DNA of 64,000 bases from an uncultured Pelagibacteraceae bacterium (GTDB taxonomy: Bacteria > Pseudomonadota > Alphaproteobacteria > Pelagibacterales > Pelagibacteraceae), in assembly GCA_902558225.1 (NCBI GenBank), contig CACEDG010000002.1:21661-85660 (forward strand). The letters are read 5' to 3'. Below the pieces are notes generated by a model. It made no database searches. It was not told the origin of the DNA and was given only the letters and a program-made list of their open reading frames with translations. Position numbers and translations under genes: made by a program. Below are positions 9,887 to 19,723 of the stretch, in pieces; the stretch's first letter is position 1, and every line of letters begins with the position of its first letter.

Positions 9887-10237
9887 ATGGACCTTTTGTC
9901 TAAAACTGATCAAGAGATATTTGAAATAGGCAAGCCGTTTTGGGAAAATCTTGTAAAATCCTCAAATCTTAAAGATTATGGGAGCTTCACAAGGGATTTT
10001 TCAACTCAAATGTTATTTGGGGCAAATGAAGTTGAATTAGGAAAGCAATGGGCAAACAATGAGTTAATTACAAATTTAAACGAGACTTATGAGCCTTTTG
10101 GAACCCTAAGGAGGGGTGAACATATTACAGTTTTGATTAAACAGACAAATAAGAAAATACCAGGTGAATTCTTAGGTAGAATGGTTCTTGGTGTCGAGGA
10201 TGGTGAGATCAAGGTTTTTGGGGCAACAATCTATTAA
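9887..10237 (+). CDS. Uncharacterised 116-aa soluble protein downstream of aprA
   Basis: Clean ORF 22 nt after aprA on the same strand; no recognisable catalytic motif. Confidence 0.75.
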   Translation: MDLLSKTDQEIFEIGKPFWENLVKSSNLKDYGSFTRDFSTQMLFGANEVELGKQWANNELITNLNETYEPFGTLRRGEHITVLIKQTNKKIPGEFLGRMVLGVEDGEIKVFGATIY

Positions 10238-10303
10238 AAAAAAATTATTTAAAATTCAATTATAGTTTGACAATTTTTTTACTAGGTGTATTGAGAAGTA
10301 TAG

Positions 10304-10438
10304 ATGCACTTTCCAAATATAAAAATTCCTCAAAGAATTGTAGAGAAAAAGACAACATTTATTAAGACTGGAATTTTTTCTGCAATAGTTGCTTGTTGGG
10401 GAGTTATCTTATTTGGAACTTTTATTACTTTTAATTAA
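10304..10438 (+). CDS. 44-aa single-TM small protein
   Basis: Manual translation MHFPNIKIPQRIVEKKTTFIKTGIFSAIVACWGVILFGTFITFN; TTGACA at 10267-10272 upstream. Confidence 0.5.
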   Translation: MHFPNIKIPQRIVEKKTTFIKTGIFSAIVACWGVILFGTFITFN

Positions 10439-10467
10439 TTTTAAAAATAAATTAAAAGTTATTTTTA

Positions 10468-11562
10468 ATGGATGTTTTTTTACCTATAGCCCAAGTTTTT
10501 GTAAATCCAGTTGAAATACTTTTATTGAGTGCGATTGTCGGAGTTCTTTCAGGTTTATTCGGTGTCGGAGGAGGTTTTTTGATGACACCCTTTTTAATTT
10601 TTTTAGGAGTTCCACCGGCGTACGCAGTTGCAAATGAAGCAAATAATATTTTGGCTACTTCAGTATCAGGATCAACTACTCATTATCTAAAAAATACTTT
10701 GGATTATAAAATGGGATTAATCATTGTAATTGGAGGCTCGATAGGAACAGCTTTAGGTATTTATACTTTTACATATTTTAAAGATATTGGAAAAATAGAT
10801 ACAGTTATCTCCTTAGCTTATATGTACATTCTTGCGATAATTGGGACTTTGATGTTGGTAGAGAGTCTTGGTGAAATTGATAAAGCCAAAAAAAATATTG
10901 TAATTAAAAAAAAATTACATGTTCATTATTGGATACACGGACTTCCAATTAGAATGAGATTTCCAAAATCAAAATTATATGAAAGTATTTTCACACCTAT
11001 ATTAATTGGTTTAGTTGTTGGTTTTATAGCTGCAATAATGGGAATAGGTGGTGCATTTATTTTAGTACCAGCAATGATTTATATTATAAAGATGCCTACT
11101 AAATTAGTACCGGGAACTTCCTTGTTTGTAACTATTTTTGTAAGTGTTATAGTTACATTTTTACACTCAATAAATTATGGATCTATAGATTTAATGTTAG
11201 TTTTATTATTAGTCATCGGATCAATTGTTGGAGTTCAAGTTGGTCAGAAAATTGGAGAACAAATTGATAGTTCAGGATTAAAAGCTTTATTGGCAATTTT
11301 ATTGTTAATTGTTGGAATAGTCATAGCGTACGACACTTTTTTTGTAGAGGAGATACAAAAAGAAACTTTAAATGTAGTTAATCAAGATCTAAACTTTTTT
11401 TCACAGTTTATAAAAGAGTTTTCTGAAGATATGCCATTTTTCTATGGTTTGTTTTCAATTTTATTTGCTGTTTCTCTTGGTATTGCAGCTGCGTTTATTA
11501 GAAGATCGATTTCGAAATTTAGACAAAAGTATTTTAATAAAACTGTAAAACAATCTAAATAA
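10468..11562 (+). CDS. TauE/SafE (TSUP) family sulfite exporter with extra C-terminal TM segment
   Basis: GLFGVGGGFLMTP and GIGGAFILVP repeated TSUP motifs; GTSLF. Confidence 0.88.
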   Translation: MDVFLPIAQVFVNPVEILLLSAIVGVLSGLFGVGGGFLMTPFLIFLGVPPAYAVANEANNILATSVSGSTTHYLKNTLDYKMGLIIVIGGSIGTALGIYTFTYFKDIGKIDTVISLAYMYILAIIGTLMLVESLGEIDKAKKNIVIKKKLHVHYWIHGLPIRMRFPKSKLYESIFTPILIGLVVGFIAAIMGIGGAFILVPAMIYIIKMPTKLVPGTSLFVTIFVSVIVTFLHSINYGSIDLMLVLLLVIGSIVGVQVGQKIGEQIDSSGLKALLAILLLIVGIVIAYDTFFVEEIQKETLNVVNQDLNFFSQFIKEFSEDMPFFYGLFSILFAVSLGIAAAFIRRSISKFRQKYFNKTVKQSK

Positions 11563-12625
11563 AAAATTTAAGATAGATTTCTATTGTAAAGATACAAACA
11601 ATTCCAACAGTAAGCATTGCTATAAATCCAACTATAAATGGTTTGTATCCCATACTTATGATGTCTTTTAAATTCGTGGATAAACCGATAGCAGCCATTG
11701 CCATTGTTAGAAAGATTTTTGATAAAGCTTTAATAAGAGTGATCATTTGAATCCAATGTTCGTTGTTTGAAACAAAAATCTCATCACCTATATTTCTTAA
11801 AACAACCATTCCAACAAATCCTAAAATAAAATAAGGAAAAATATTTAGTATCGAGTAGTTTTTTTCTTTTGAAACCCCACGATTATAAAGAAATGCAAAA
11901 AGAGGTATCATTATAATTAAAAAGGTGTTTCTTATAAGTTTAGTTACGGTTGCAATGTTTAAAGTCTCAGGACTATTAAATTGTTGATCATAAATCAGAC
12001 CAGCAGCAGCTACTTGTGAAGTTTCATGAATTGCAGTTCCCAAAAAAAGACCAGCGAAAAATGAATTTCCATCAAAGTAAAAGTTAGCAAAATAAGGATA
12101 TAAAAGCATAGATAAAATCCCAAATAAAGTAATATTTGCTATAGCATATGAAATTTCATTTTTACTTGCTTTGATAACTGGAGCAGTGGCCATTATTGCC
12201 GTTGTACCGCAAACTGTACATCCTATGGATGTTAAGTAAGCCATTCTAGTTGGTATCTTTAGTATTTTAATAAGAAGTTTAATGGTTATTAAAACACTTA
12301 TGATACAAATTATAATTAATGGAATTGCAATTTTACCAAATTCTATGAATTCAAAAGGTTTTAATTGAATACCTAAACAAATAATTCCAAGTTTTAGTAT
12401 ATATTCCTTGCTAAAATCCAATCCTTTTTGAAAATTGTCACGTATTTTAAAAAAATTACCAAAAAATATTCCTAACAAAATGGCAATCATTGCAGTTGAA
12501 ATAGGACTTTTGTTATATCCAAGAAGTTCAATACCAATAATGTTGTTAAAACCCTCAGATAATGAATAAAGAATAAAAGCAAGAATTATGCCTGGCAAAA
12601 CTACCAAGTATTTATTATTCAACAT
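11555..12625 (-). CDS. YeiH-family putative sulfate exporter
   Basis: LKLGIICLG, IGCTVCGTTAIMA, GTAIHETSQV, KLIRN, AMAAIGL. Confidence 0.88.
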   Translation of the reverse strand: MLNNKYLVVLPGIILAFILYSLSEGFNNIIGIELLGYNKSPISTAMIAILLGIFFGNFFKIRDNFQKGLDFSKEYILKLGIICLGIQLKPFEFIEFGKIAIPLIIICIISVLITIKLLIKILKIPTRMAYLTSIGCTVCGTTAIMATAPVIKASKNEISYAIANITLFGILSMLLYPYFANFYFDGNSFFAGLFLGTAIHETSQVAAAGLIYDQQFNSPETLNIATVTKLIRNTFLIIMIPLFAFLYNRGVSKEKNYSILNIFPYFILGFVGMVVLRNIGDEIFVSNNEHWIQMITLIKALSKIFLTMAMAAIGLSTNLKDIISMGYKPFIVGFIAMLTVGIVCIFTIEIYLKFFI

Positions 12626-12640
12626 TATATTTATTTAAGA

Positions 12641-13807
12641 TTAGGCGCTTCTATACAATTTAGTCATAACAAACTCCTTATGACCTAAAGCTTCTGCACA
12701 AGTTAATCTTCCATTCGCTACTTTAAGAGTAGTTTCGATAAGTTTATCTCCTGCTTCAGATAAATTCATTTCTCTTGAAAGAATTTTTGAAACATCGCAA
12801 TCTATATGTTCGCCCATTCCCTTTACTGTTAAAGGGTTGGCAGTCAATTTAATAACTGGTTCTATTGGATTACCAACTATATTTCCTTGTCCTGTAGGAA
12901 ATAAATGAATATTAAAACCTGCGGCCGCTTGAAGCGTCACACATTCAGCTGCTGCAGACGAGGTATCCATAAAATATAAACCTTTACCTTTTTTTGGTTC
13001 TTCAGCAGGCTCTAAGACATCAATAAATTTACAATTCCCAATTTTTTGAAAGTTTCCAAAAGCCTTTTCCTCAATAGTTGTCAAACCACCCGCAATATTT
13101 CCTGCCGTTGGTTGACTTTCAGAAAGATCATCTGTTGCTTCTTTAAGAATAAATTCATTGTAAGAGCTCCATGTCTTCATAAATTTATCTGAGGCTTCTT
13201 TTGTTGCTCCCCTAGATGCACAAACTTTTTCAGCTCCAGTTAACTCTGATGTTTCACCAAAACATAAATGGACACCTAAAGGTTCAAGTTTATCCATTAA
13301 ATTTCCAACAGTCGGATTTGATGCTAATCCAGATGTAGTATCAGACTCACCACATTTAACTGAAATCCATAAATCACTGATTGGACATTCCTCTCTTTGT
13401 TTTTCAGATGCCCACATAACAAACTCTTGTGCTTTTTTTGAAGCTTTCATTACTGTTCCTATGTCTCCAGTTCGCTCTATATGGAAGCCTTCTACCGGTT
13501 TCCCTGTTTTAGCTATTCCATCAACAATTTTTTTTGTCCATTTAGGCTCAATTCCAATAACAATTACTGCAGCAACATTAGGGTTACTACCAGTACCAAT
13601 CATAGTTCTAAAATGTAATTCTAAGTCTGCTCCAAATTGAAGTCTGCCGTATGAATGTGGTAATGCAATTGTACCTTTGATGTTATTAGCTACTGCCTCA
13701 GCACAGGCATTAGATATATCATCGACGGGAAGAATTATTACATGATTTCTTGTTCCAGCTCTTCCATTTTCTCTTTTATAACCTAAAAAACTTTTTGGGA
13801 TTTCCAT
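12641..13807 (-). CDS. suyB: (2R)-sulfolactate sulfo-lyase beta subunit (UxaA family)
   Basis: [57 protein letters not shown]; paired with a small SAF subunit. Confidence 0.85.
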   Translation of the reverse strand: MEIPKSFLGYKRENGRAGTRNHVIILPVDDISNACAEAVANNIKGTIALPHSYGRLQFGADLELHFRTMIGTGSNPNVAAVIVIGIEPKWTKKIVDGIAKTGKPVEGFHIERTGDIGTVMKASKKAQEFVMWASEKQREECPISDLWISVKCGESDTTSGLASNPTVGNLMDKLEPLGVHLCFGETSELTGAEKVCASRGATKEASDKFMKTWSSYNEFILKEATDDLSESQPTAGNIAGGLTTIEEKAFGNFQKIGNCKFIDVLEPAEEPKKGKGLYFMDTSSAAAECVTLQAAAGFNIHLFPTGQGNIVGNPIEPVIKLTANPLTVKGMGEHIDCDVSKILSREMNLSEAGDKLIETTLKVANGRLTCAEALGHKEFVMTKLYRSA

Positions 13808-13811
13808 AAGA

Positions 13812-14096
13812 TTACCATTTTTTTGTTTTTACATTATGAACATGAACATGTTCACCTTTTTTAATAGATTTGACTACCTTACCAATATCATGTCCATATT
13901 TAAGTATTGTGTCACCCTCATTTAAGTCAATCATTGCAATTTTATGTCCTAGAGGAATTTCATCCATTGATTGAATATTCACAGAACTGTCATTTTCCAT
14001 TATCCAGCAACTACAATCTTGTTTTGGGGTAATTTTCTCAGTAACAACAACACCAACATTATCTTTTTGGTCATGTATTATTATGTCTGTAGCCAT
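13812..14096 (-). CDS. suyA: (2R)-sulfolactate sulfo-lyase alpha subunit (SAF domain)
   Basis: [36 protein letters not shown]. Start moved to ATG at 14096 (MATDII). Confidence 0.83.
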   Translation of the reverse strand: MATDIIIHDQKDNVGVVVTEKITPKQDCSCWIMENDSSVNIQSMDEIPLGHKIAMIDLNEGDTILKYGHDIGKVVKSIKKGEHVHVHNVKTKKW

Positions 14097-14211
14097 AAAT
14101 AGGTCGATTTGTTTGTTTGAATTTTGTGAAATCTTATATATTAATCGCAAAAAACTAACAAATAGTTTTTAAAAAATTTGTACCATTTATTAATTTAGAA
14201 AGGTTTTATTA

Positions 14212-15996
14212 ATGACAAAAATGACGACAGAAGAGGCCTTTGTAAAAGTTTTACAAATGCACGGCATTGAACATGCTTTTGGTATAATTGGTTCTGCATT
14301 TATGCCAATCTCAGATATTTTTCCAGATGCTGGAATTACATTCTGGGATGTCGCTCATGAAACCAATGGTGGGTTAATAGCTGATGGTTATACAAGATCC
14401 ACTGGAAAAATGTCTATGGTCATTGCTCAAAATGGACCTGGCATAACTGGATTAGTTACACCAATTAAAACAGCTTATTGGAATCATACACCTTTACTTT
14501 TGGTAACTCCACAAGCAGCAAACAAAACTATGGGCCAAGGGGGCTTTCAAGAAGTTGAACAGATGAATTTATTTAAAGATATGGTTTGTTATCAAGAAGA
14601 AGTAAGAGATCCCTCAAGAATGGCAGAGGTTTTAAATAGAGTAATAGAAAAAGCAATAAGAGGATCAGCTCCAGCTCAAATAAATGTTCCAAGAGATTAT
14701 TGGACACAAGTAATAGATATTGAACTTCCACCGATTGTAAGATTAGAAAGACAAGGTGGTGGAGCAGAGGCGATAGATAAGGCTGCAAAACTTTTATCAA
14801 ATGCAAAATTTCCTGTAATTTTATCTGGAGCAGGAGTTGTTATTGGTGGAGCAATTGAAGAAACAAAAAAACTTGCAGAAAAATTAGACTCACCAGTTTG
14901 CTCTGGTTATCAACATAATGATAGCTTTCCAGGAAGTCATCCGTTGGCAGTTGGACCATTAGGATACAATGGATCTAAAGCTGCTATGGAACTTATTTCA
15001 AAAGCAGATGTAGTTTTAGCTTTAGGAACAAGACTAAATCCTTTTTCAACTCTTCCAGGATATGGAATTGATTATTGGCCAAAGAATGCAAATATTATTC
15101 AAGTAGATATGAATCCAGACAGAATTGGTTTAACAAAAAAAGTTACTGTTGGAATAAGTGGTGATGCAAAATTAGTTGCAACACAGATTTTAGAAAAATT
15201 ATCTTCAAATGCGGGAGACATTGATAGACAAAAGAGAAAAGATCTAATCCACCAAACAAAATCTGCTTGGTTACAAAAATTATCAAGTTTAGATCATGAG
15301 GATGATGATGAAGGAACAGTATGGAATAAAGAAGCAAGAGAGAGAGATAAGGATAGAATGTCCCCAAGACAAGCGTGGAGAGCAATACAAGCTGGAATGC
15401 CTGAAGATGTAATTATATCTAGTGATATAGGAAATAATTGTGCAATTGGAAATGCATATCCAACATTTGAAAAACCGAGAAAATATTTAGCACCAGGTTT
15501 ATTTGGTCCTTGTGGTTACGGTTTTCCCTCAATCTTGGGAGCAAAGATAGGATGTCCTGACACTCCAGTTATTGGTTTTGCAGGAGATGGAGCTTTTGGA
15601 ATTAGTATGAACGAAATGAGTTCTTGTGCAAGAGAGGAGTGGCCCGCGATTACGATGGTAATTTTTAGAAATTACCAATGGGGTGCGGAAAAAAGAAATA
15701 CAACTCTTTGGTTTGATAATAATTTTGTTGGAACAGAACTTGATCCAGAATTAAGTTTTGCAAAAGTTGCTAATGCCTGTGGTTTAAAAGGAGTAACTGT
15801 TAAAACGATGGAAGAGACTACTGAAGCTATTAAAAAATCTTGTGAAGATCAAAAGAAAGGTATCACAACATTTATTGAGGTTATTTTAAATCAAGAATTA
15901 GGTGAACCTTTCAGAAGGGATGCTATGAAAAAACCAGTTAGAGTAGCTGGTATTAAAAAAGAAGATATGAAAAAGCAACCTTCTTTAAACTCCTAA
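14212..15996 (+). CDS. xsc: Sulfoacetaldehyde acetyltransferase (ThDP)
   Basis: MTTEEAFVKVLQMHGIEHAFGIIGSAFM, AQNGPG, GDGAFG, NYQWGAEKRN, ELGEPFRRDAM. Confidence 0.95.
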   Translation: MTKMTTEEAFVKVLQMHGIEHAFGIIGSAFMPISDIFPDAGITFWDVAHETNGGLIADGYTRSTGKMSMVIAQNGPGITGLVTPIKTAYWNHTPLLLVTPQAANKTMGQGGFQEVEQMNLFKDMVCYQEEVRDPSRMAEVLNRVIEKAIRGSAPAQINVPRDYWTQVIDIELPPIVRLERQGGGAEAIDKAAKLLSNAKFPVILSGAGVVIGGAIEETKKLAEKLDSPVCSGYQHNDSFPGSHPLAVGPLGYNGSKAAMELISKADVVLALGTRLNPFSTLPGYGIDYWPKNANIIQVDMNPDRIGLTKKVTVGISGDAKLVATQILEKLSSNAGDIDRQKRKDLIHQTKSAWLQKLSSLDHEDDDEGTVWNKEARERDKDRMSPRQAWRAIQAGMPEDVIISSDIGNNCAIGNAYPTFEKPRKYLAPGLFGPCGYGFPSILGAKIGCPDTPVIGFAGDGAFGISMNEMSSCAREEWPAITMVIFRNYQWGAEKRNTTLWFDNNFVGTELDPELSFAKVANACGLKGVTVKTMEETTEAIKKSCEDQKKGITTFIEVILNQELGEPFRRDAMKKPVRVAGIKKEDMKKQPSLNS

Positions 15997-16018
15997 CTAT
16001 TCTAAAATTTTTTTCATT

Positions 16019-16138
16019 CTATAACTTCATATCAGGCCAGTCTTTATTATTATATTTATCCAGTTCTTTTTTTGTGATTGGTCTAAACAATATCCAACCA
16101 ATCACGATTACAAGAACAAATAGAATTAATGTTTGCAT
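16019..16138 (-). CDS. 39-aa single-TM microprotein (paralogue of 44888..45007)
   Basis: Manual translation MQTLILFVLVIVIGWILFRPITKKELDKYNNKDWPDMKL. Confidence 0.6.
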   Translation of the reverse strand: MQTLILFVLVIVIGWILFRPITKKELDKYNNKDWPDMKL

Positions 16139-16233
16139 GATTTAATTTATTATAGAGATAGGATCTAGTCTAGCTTCAAACTTATCATTTTTTAAATCTT
16201 TTAAATTCTCATCAAGTGTCGTAATCTTTATTT

Positions 16234-16617
16234 ATGGACGAAATTAAAATAGGCTCAAATAGAAGTTTTGGTGTCGTATTTTTTGTAGTATTCCTACTGA
16301 TAGCACTTTATCCTGTTATAAATAATGGAGAGATAAGAATATGGTCTCTAATTTCTTCAATTATATTTCTAATTTTGGGATTGCTAAATTCAAAACTTCT
16401 AAATCCATTGAACAAACTTTGGTTCAAGTTTGGTATTGTATTAGGAAAAATAATTTCACCTTTAATAATGGGAATTATTTTTTTTTTAGTGGTTACACCC
16501 ACTGGTTTGATAATGAGATTGTTAAGAAAAGATATTTTAAACTTAAGATATAATCAAAATTCATCTTATTGGATTGAAAAAAAAGGTCCAAAAAGTAAAA
16601 TGAAAAATCAATTTTAA
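16234..16617 (+). CDS. SxtJ-family membrane protein
   Basis: SNRSFG, PLNKLWFKFGIVLG, FFLVVTPTG, SYWI, MKNQF C-terminus. Confidence 0.85.
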   Translation: MDEIKIGSNRSFGVVFFVVFLLIALYPVINNGEIRIWSLISSIIFLILGLLNSKLLNPLNKLWFKFGIVLGKIISPLIMGIIFFLVVTPTGLIMRLLRKDILNLRYNQNSSYWIEKKGPKSKMKNQF

Positions 16618-16618
16618 T

Positions 16619-16768
16619 ATGAGTTTTATAAAAGAATTTTGGGAGTTTTTAAAAGTAAGAAAAAAATACTGGCTATTACCAATAATTATCGTTTTAGTTT
16701 TATTTGGTGGATTAATTGTTTTAACGCAAGGTTCAGCTGTGGCTCCATTTATTTATACAATATTTTAA
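16619..16768 (+). CDS. DUF5989 (SxtK-like) small membrane protein, 49 aa
   Basis: Manual translation MSFIKEFWEFLKVRKKYWLLPIIIVLVLFGGLIVLTQGSAVAPFIYTIF; RKKYWLLP and APFIYTIF signatures. Confidence 0.88.
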   Translation: MSFIKEFWEFLKVRKKYWLLPIIIVLVLFGGLIVLTQGSAVAPFIYTIF

Positions 16769-16769
16769 A

Positions 16770-18605
16770 GTGATCTCTATATTAGGTATATCAGCATTTT
16801 ATCATGATAGTGCGGCATGTGTCTTAAAAGATGGTGAAATCGTTGCTGCTGCTCAAGAAGAAAGATTTACTCGAAAAAAGCATGATCCTAATTACCCTAA
16901 AAATGCGATAAATTTTGTTTTAGATTATTCTAATTTAAAATTAAGTGAAGTTGATCATATAGTTTTTTTTGAAAAACCCTTTTTAAAATTTGAAAGACTT
17001 TTAGAGACTTATGTTGGTTTTGCACCTAGAGGCTTTGTTTCTTTTGCAAAAGCAATGCCAATTTGGATTAAAGAAAAACTTTTTCAAAAAAATCTATTAT
17101 TTAATAAACTAAAAGAACATGATAAAAATTACAAATCTGATAAAAATATTTTTTTTTCAGATCATCATTTAAGTCATGCAGCCAGTGCTTTTTTCCCATC
17201 TCCTTTTGAAGAAGCAATCATATTAACTGCAGATGGAGTAGGTGAATGGGCAACAACTACTGTAGGGGTAGGGAAAAATAACCATCTCGAGATAAAAAAA
17301 GAAATTCATTTTCCACATTCACTTGGACTTTTATACTCAGCTTTTACTTACTACACAGGATTTAAAGTTAATAGTGGAGAATACAAACTCATGGGTTTGG
17401 CTCCATATGGAAAACCTATTTACGAAGAACAAGTTAAACAGTTAATTGATATAAAAGAAGACGGAACATTTAGATTAGATCAAAAATATTTTAATTATGC
17501 AACTGGTTTAACAATGACCAGTAATAAATTTGATATTTTATTCGGACAGAAACCCCGTGACCCTAAAAATGAAAAAATAAGCCAATTCCATATGGATATT
17601 GCAGCATCAATACAAAAAGTAACTGAAGAAATAATGATAAAATTATCAAAGGCTCTCCGTAAAGAATATAACATTAAAAATTTATGTCTTGCAGGTGGTG
17701 TTGCTTTGAATTGTGTTGCCAACGGAAAAATCTTAGAAGAAAAAATTTTTGATAATATTTGGATACAACCAGCAGCTGGAGATGCAGGTGGCTCATTAGG
17801 TGCGGCTTTGGCATTATGGCATATAGAGCATGGTAATATTAGAAAAATAAATCCATTAGATAATATGAAAGGCTCGTATCTTGGTACTGAGTTTTCTCAA
17901 TTACAAATCGAAGAAGAGTTAAAATCTGTCGGAGCTAACTTCGAAACTTTTGATTATAGAAATATGATTGATAAAACATCAGATTATTTGTCAAATGAAA
18001 AGGCAGTAGGATGGTTCCAAGGCAGGATGGAATTTGGACCAAGAGCTCTAGGCTCAAGATCAATTTTGGGGGATCCAAGATCAGATAAAATGCAAAGAAA
18101 TCTTAATTTAAAAGTAAAGTATAGAGAAAGTTTCAGACCTTTTGCACCCTCAGTTCTTAGAGAAGATCTATCCAACTGGTTTGACATCAATGTAGATAGT
18201 CCATACATGTTGTTGGTAGCTAATATTAATCCTGAAAAAAAAATTGAAATGTCCGATGAACAAAAAAAACTTTTTGGTATTGAAAAACTAAATGTAAAAA
18301 GATCTGAAATTCCAGCTGTGACACATGTTGATTACTCAGCTAGAGTTCAAACAGTTTCAAAAAATACTAATAATCGATATTATGATTTGATTTTAAAATT
18401 TAAGGAAAAAACTGGCTGTCCAGTTATAGTCAACACCTCATTTAATGTGAGAGGAGAACCTATTGTAAACACACCAATTGATGCTTTTAATTGTTTTATG
18501 GGAACTGAATTAGATTATTTGGTTATTGGCAACTGTATTTTAGATAAAAAAAAACAAAATCCTATGCAAAAGAAAGATTATAAATCAAAATTTGAATTAG
18601 ATTAA
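16770..18605 (+). CDS. NodU/CmcH/SxtI-type O-carbamoyltransferase
   Basis: YHDSAA, QEERFTRKKH, HHLSHAASAF, DGVGE, GEYKLMGLAPYG, GGVALNCVAN, EFGPRALG, RESFRPFAP, NTSFN; GTG start. Confidence 0.95.
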   Translation: MISILGISAFYHDSAACVLKDGEIVAAAQEERFTRKKHDPNYPKNAINFVLDYSNLKLSEVDHIVFFEKPFLKFERLLETYVGFAPRGFVSFAKAMPIWIKEKLFQKNLLFNKLKEHDKNYKSDKNIFFSDHHLSHAASAFFPSPFEEAIILTADGVGEWATTTVGVGKNNHLEIKKEIHFPHSLGLLYSAFTYYTGFKVNSGEYKLMGLAPYGKPIYEEQVKQLIDIKEDGTFRLDQKYFNYATGLTMTSNKFDILFGQKPRDPKNEKISQFHMDIAASIQKVTEEIMIKLSKALRKEYNIKNLCLAGGVALNCVANGKILEEKIFDNIWIQPAAGDAGGSLGAALALWHIEHGNIRKINPLDNMKGSYLGTEFSQLQIEEELKSVGANFETFDYRNMIDKTSDYLSNEKAVGWFQGRMEFGPRALGSRSILGDPRSDKMQRNLNLKVKYRESFRPFAPSVLREDLSNWFDINVDSPYMLLVANINPEKKIEMSDEQKKLFGIEKLNVKRSEIPAVTHVDYSARVQTVSKNTNNRYYDLILKFKEKTGCPVIVNTSFNVRGEPIVNTPIDAFNCFMGTELDYLVIGNCILDKKKQNPMQKKDYKSKFELD

Positions 18606-19723
18606 AAATCTATTTTTTCAATAATACCATCAAAGATCAATTTTGTTCCCATTTCATTCCAATGAATATCTCCATAGATAAAGTTTTCAAAAATAAATTT
18701 TCTTTTTTCTTCATTTTGAAATTTATTATAAAGATTTACAAAATTTATTTTGTTTTGATTAGAGAAATTTAGCCAGTGTTTTTGATGAAATTCGTCACCA
18801 TATAAAATCTGTGTTGGCCAAGGGTATATTATTAGTGAAGCATCTATATTTTTTTCTTTAAATAAATTGAATAGTTTAGTTAGATACTTGTTTGATTGAC
18901 TGAGGCCTTTTTTAACTTCGTCAAATTTTTTATCATTAAAAGTCCAAAAACCTCTATCGATATGTGTCATTCTGTAATACATAACATCATCTCTGTTAGT
19001 ATCAAAAAAACTTTTATCTAAATTCTTAGAAGCTTTAAATTTTAGTTTAACATAATTTTTGATAATTTCAGTTTGATCAGATATTACGCTAAATAACCTG
19101 AATATAATAAAATTATCTCTTAAGAAGCTTCCAAATTTATAAAAATTCTTTTTGAGGATGCTTTGTTTTTTGGTTTCCTCATAAGTCAAAATATTTCCAT
19201 TATTGTCAAATTTAATGAAAAGTTCATCAAAGACATCTGAAATATCTAAAAAAACTAATGCTTGATCAATTTTATAACCTTTGTTGATATAAAATTCTGT
19301 TTTTTTAAAATATATACTGGGTGAATATGAACCTAATGCAGAATTTAATACTTCGTATTCACTACCCAAATGAGAAGCTAATAAACCAGCAAAAGTTTTT
19401 TCGTAAGGTAAACCTGATCCCTCGATAAAAGAATCCCCTATTAATAGAATTCTTTTTTGATATTTATTACTTTTCAAAATTTCTCTATTTTCTTTATCAA
19501 AAAAACCAAGTGAATTAGTAATTACCCTTTTTTGAATTTTTCCTCCCCAATTTTCAACTTGATTAATATTAGGCAATATTTTGTGATGATAATCTTTTGA
19601 AGAAACTCTCCACCATTTTTCTTCCAAATTTAAGATTGACCAATATTGCGTATTTTTGAAAATTAAATTTGATAGAGTTAAATCAAATACAAGTAATATC
19701 AAAATAAATTTAATTTTTTTCAT
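18602..19723 (-). CDS. Membrane-anchored SGNH/GDSL hydrolase-fold protein
   Basis: N-terminal TM, IGDSFIEG, NSALGSYSP, DIHWN. Confidence 0.82.
   Translation of the reverse strand: MKKIKFILILLVFDLTLSNLIFKNTQYWSILNLEEKWWRVSSKDYHHKILPNINQVENWGGKIQKRVITNSLGFFDKENREILKSNKYQKRILLIGDSFIEGSGLPYEKTFAGLLASHLGSEYEVLNSALGSYSPSIYFKKTEFYINKGYKIDQALVFLDISDVFDELFIKFDNNGNILTYEETKKQSILKKNFYKFGSFLRDNFIIFRLFSVISDQTEIIKNYVKLKFKASKNLDKSFFDTNRDDVMYYRMTHIDRGFWTFNDKKFDEVKKGLSQSNKYLTKLFNLFKEKNIDASLIIYPWPTQILYGDEFHQKHWLNFSNQNKINFVNLYNKFQNEEKRKFIFENFIYGDIHWNEMGTKLIFDGIIEKIDF

Noticed and set aside
12641-14096. Altronate/galactarate dehydratase
   Set aside because: Split small/large subunits, motif detail and the xsc/exporter/apr context favour SuyAB.
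14150-14170. AAAAACTA-N5-TAGTTTTT inverted repeat between suyA and xsc as an operator
   Set aside because: Arms are almost all A/T and plausible by chance; not supportable without comparative data.
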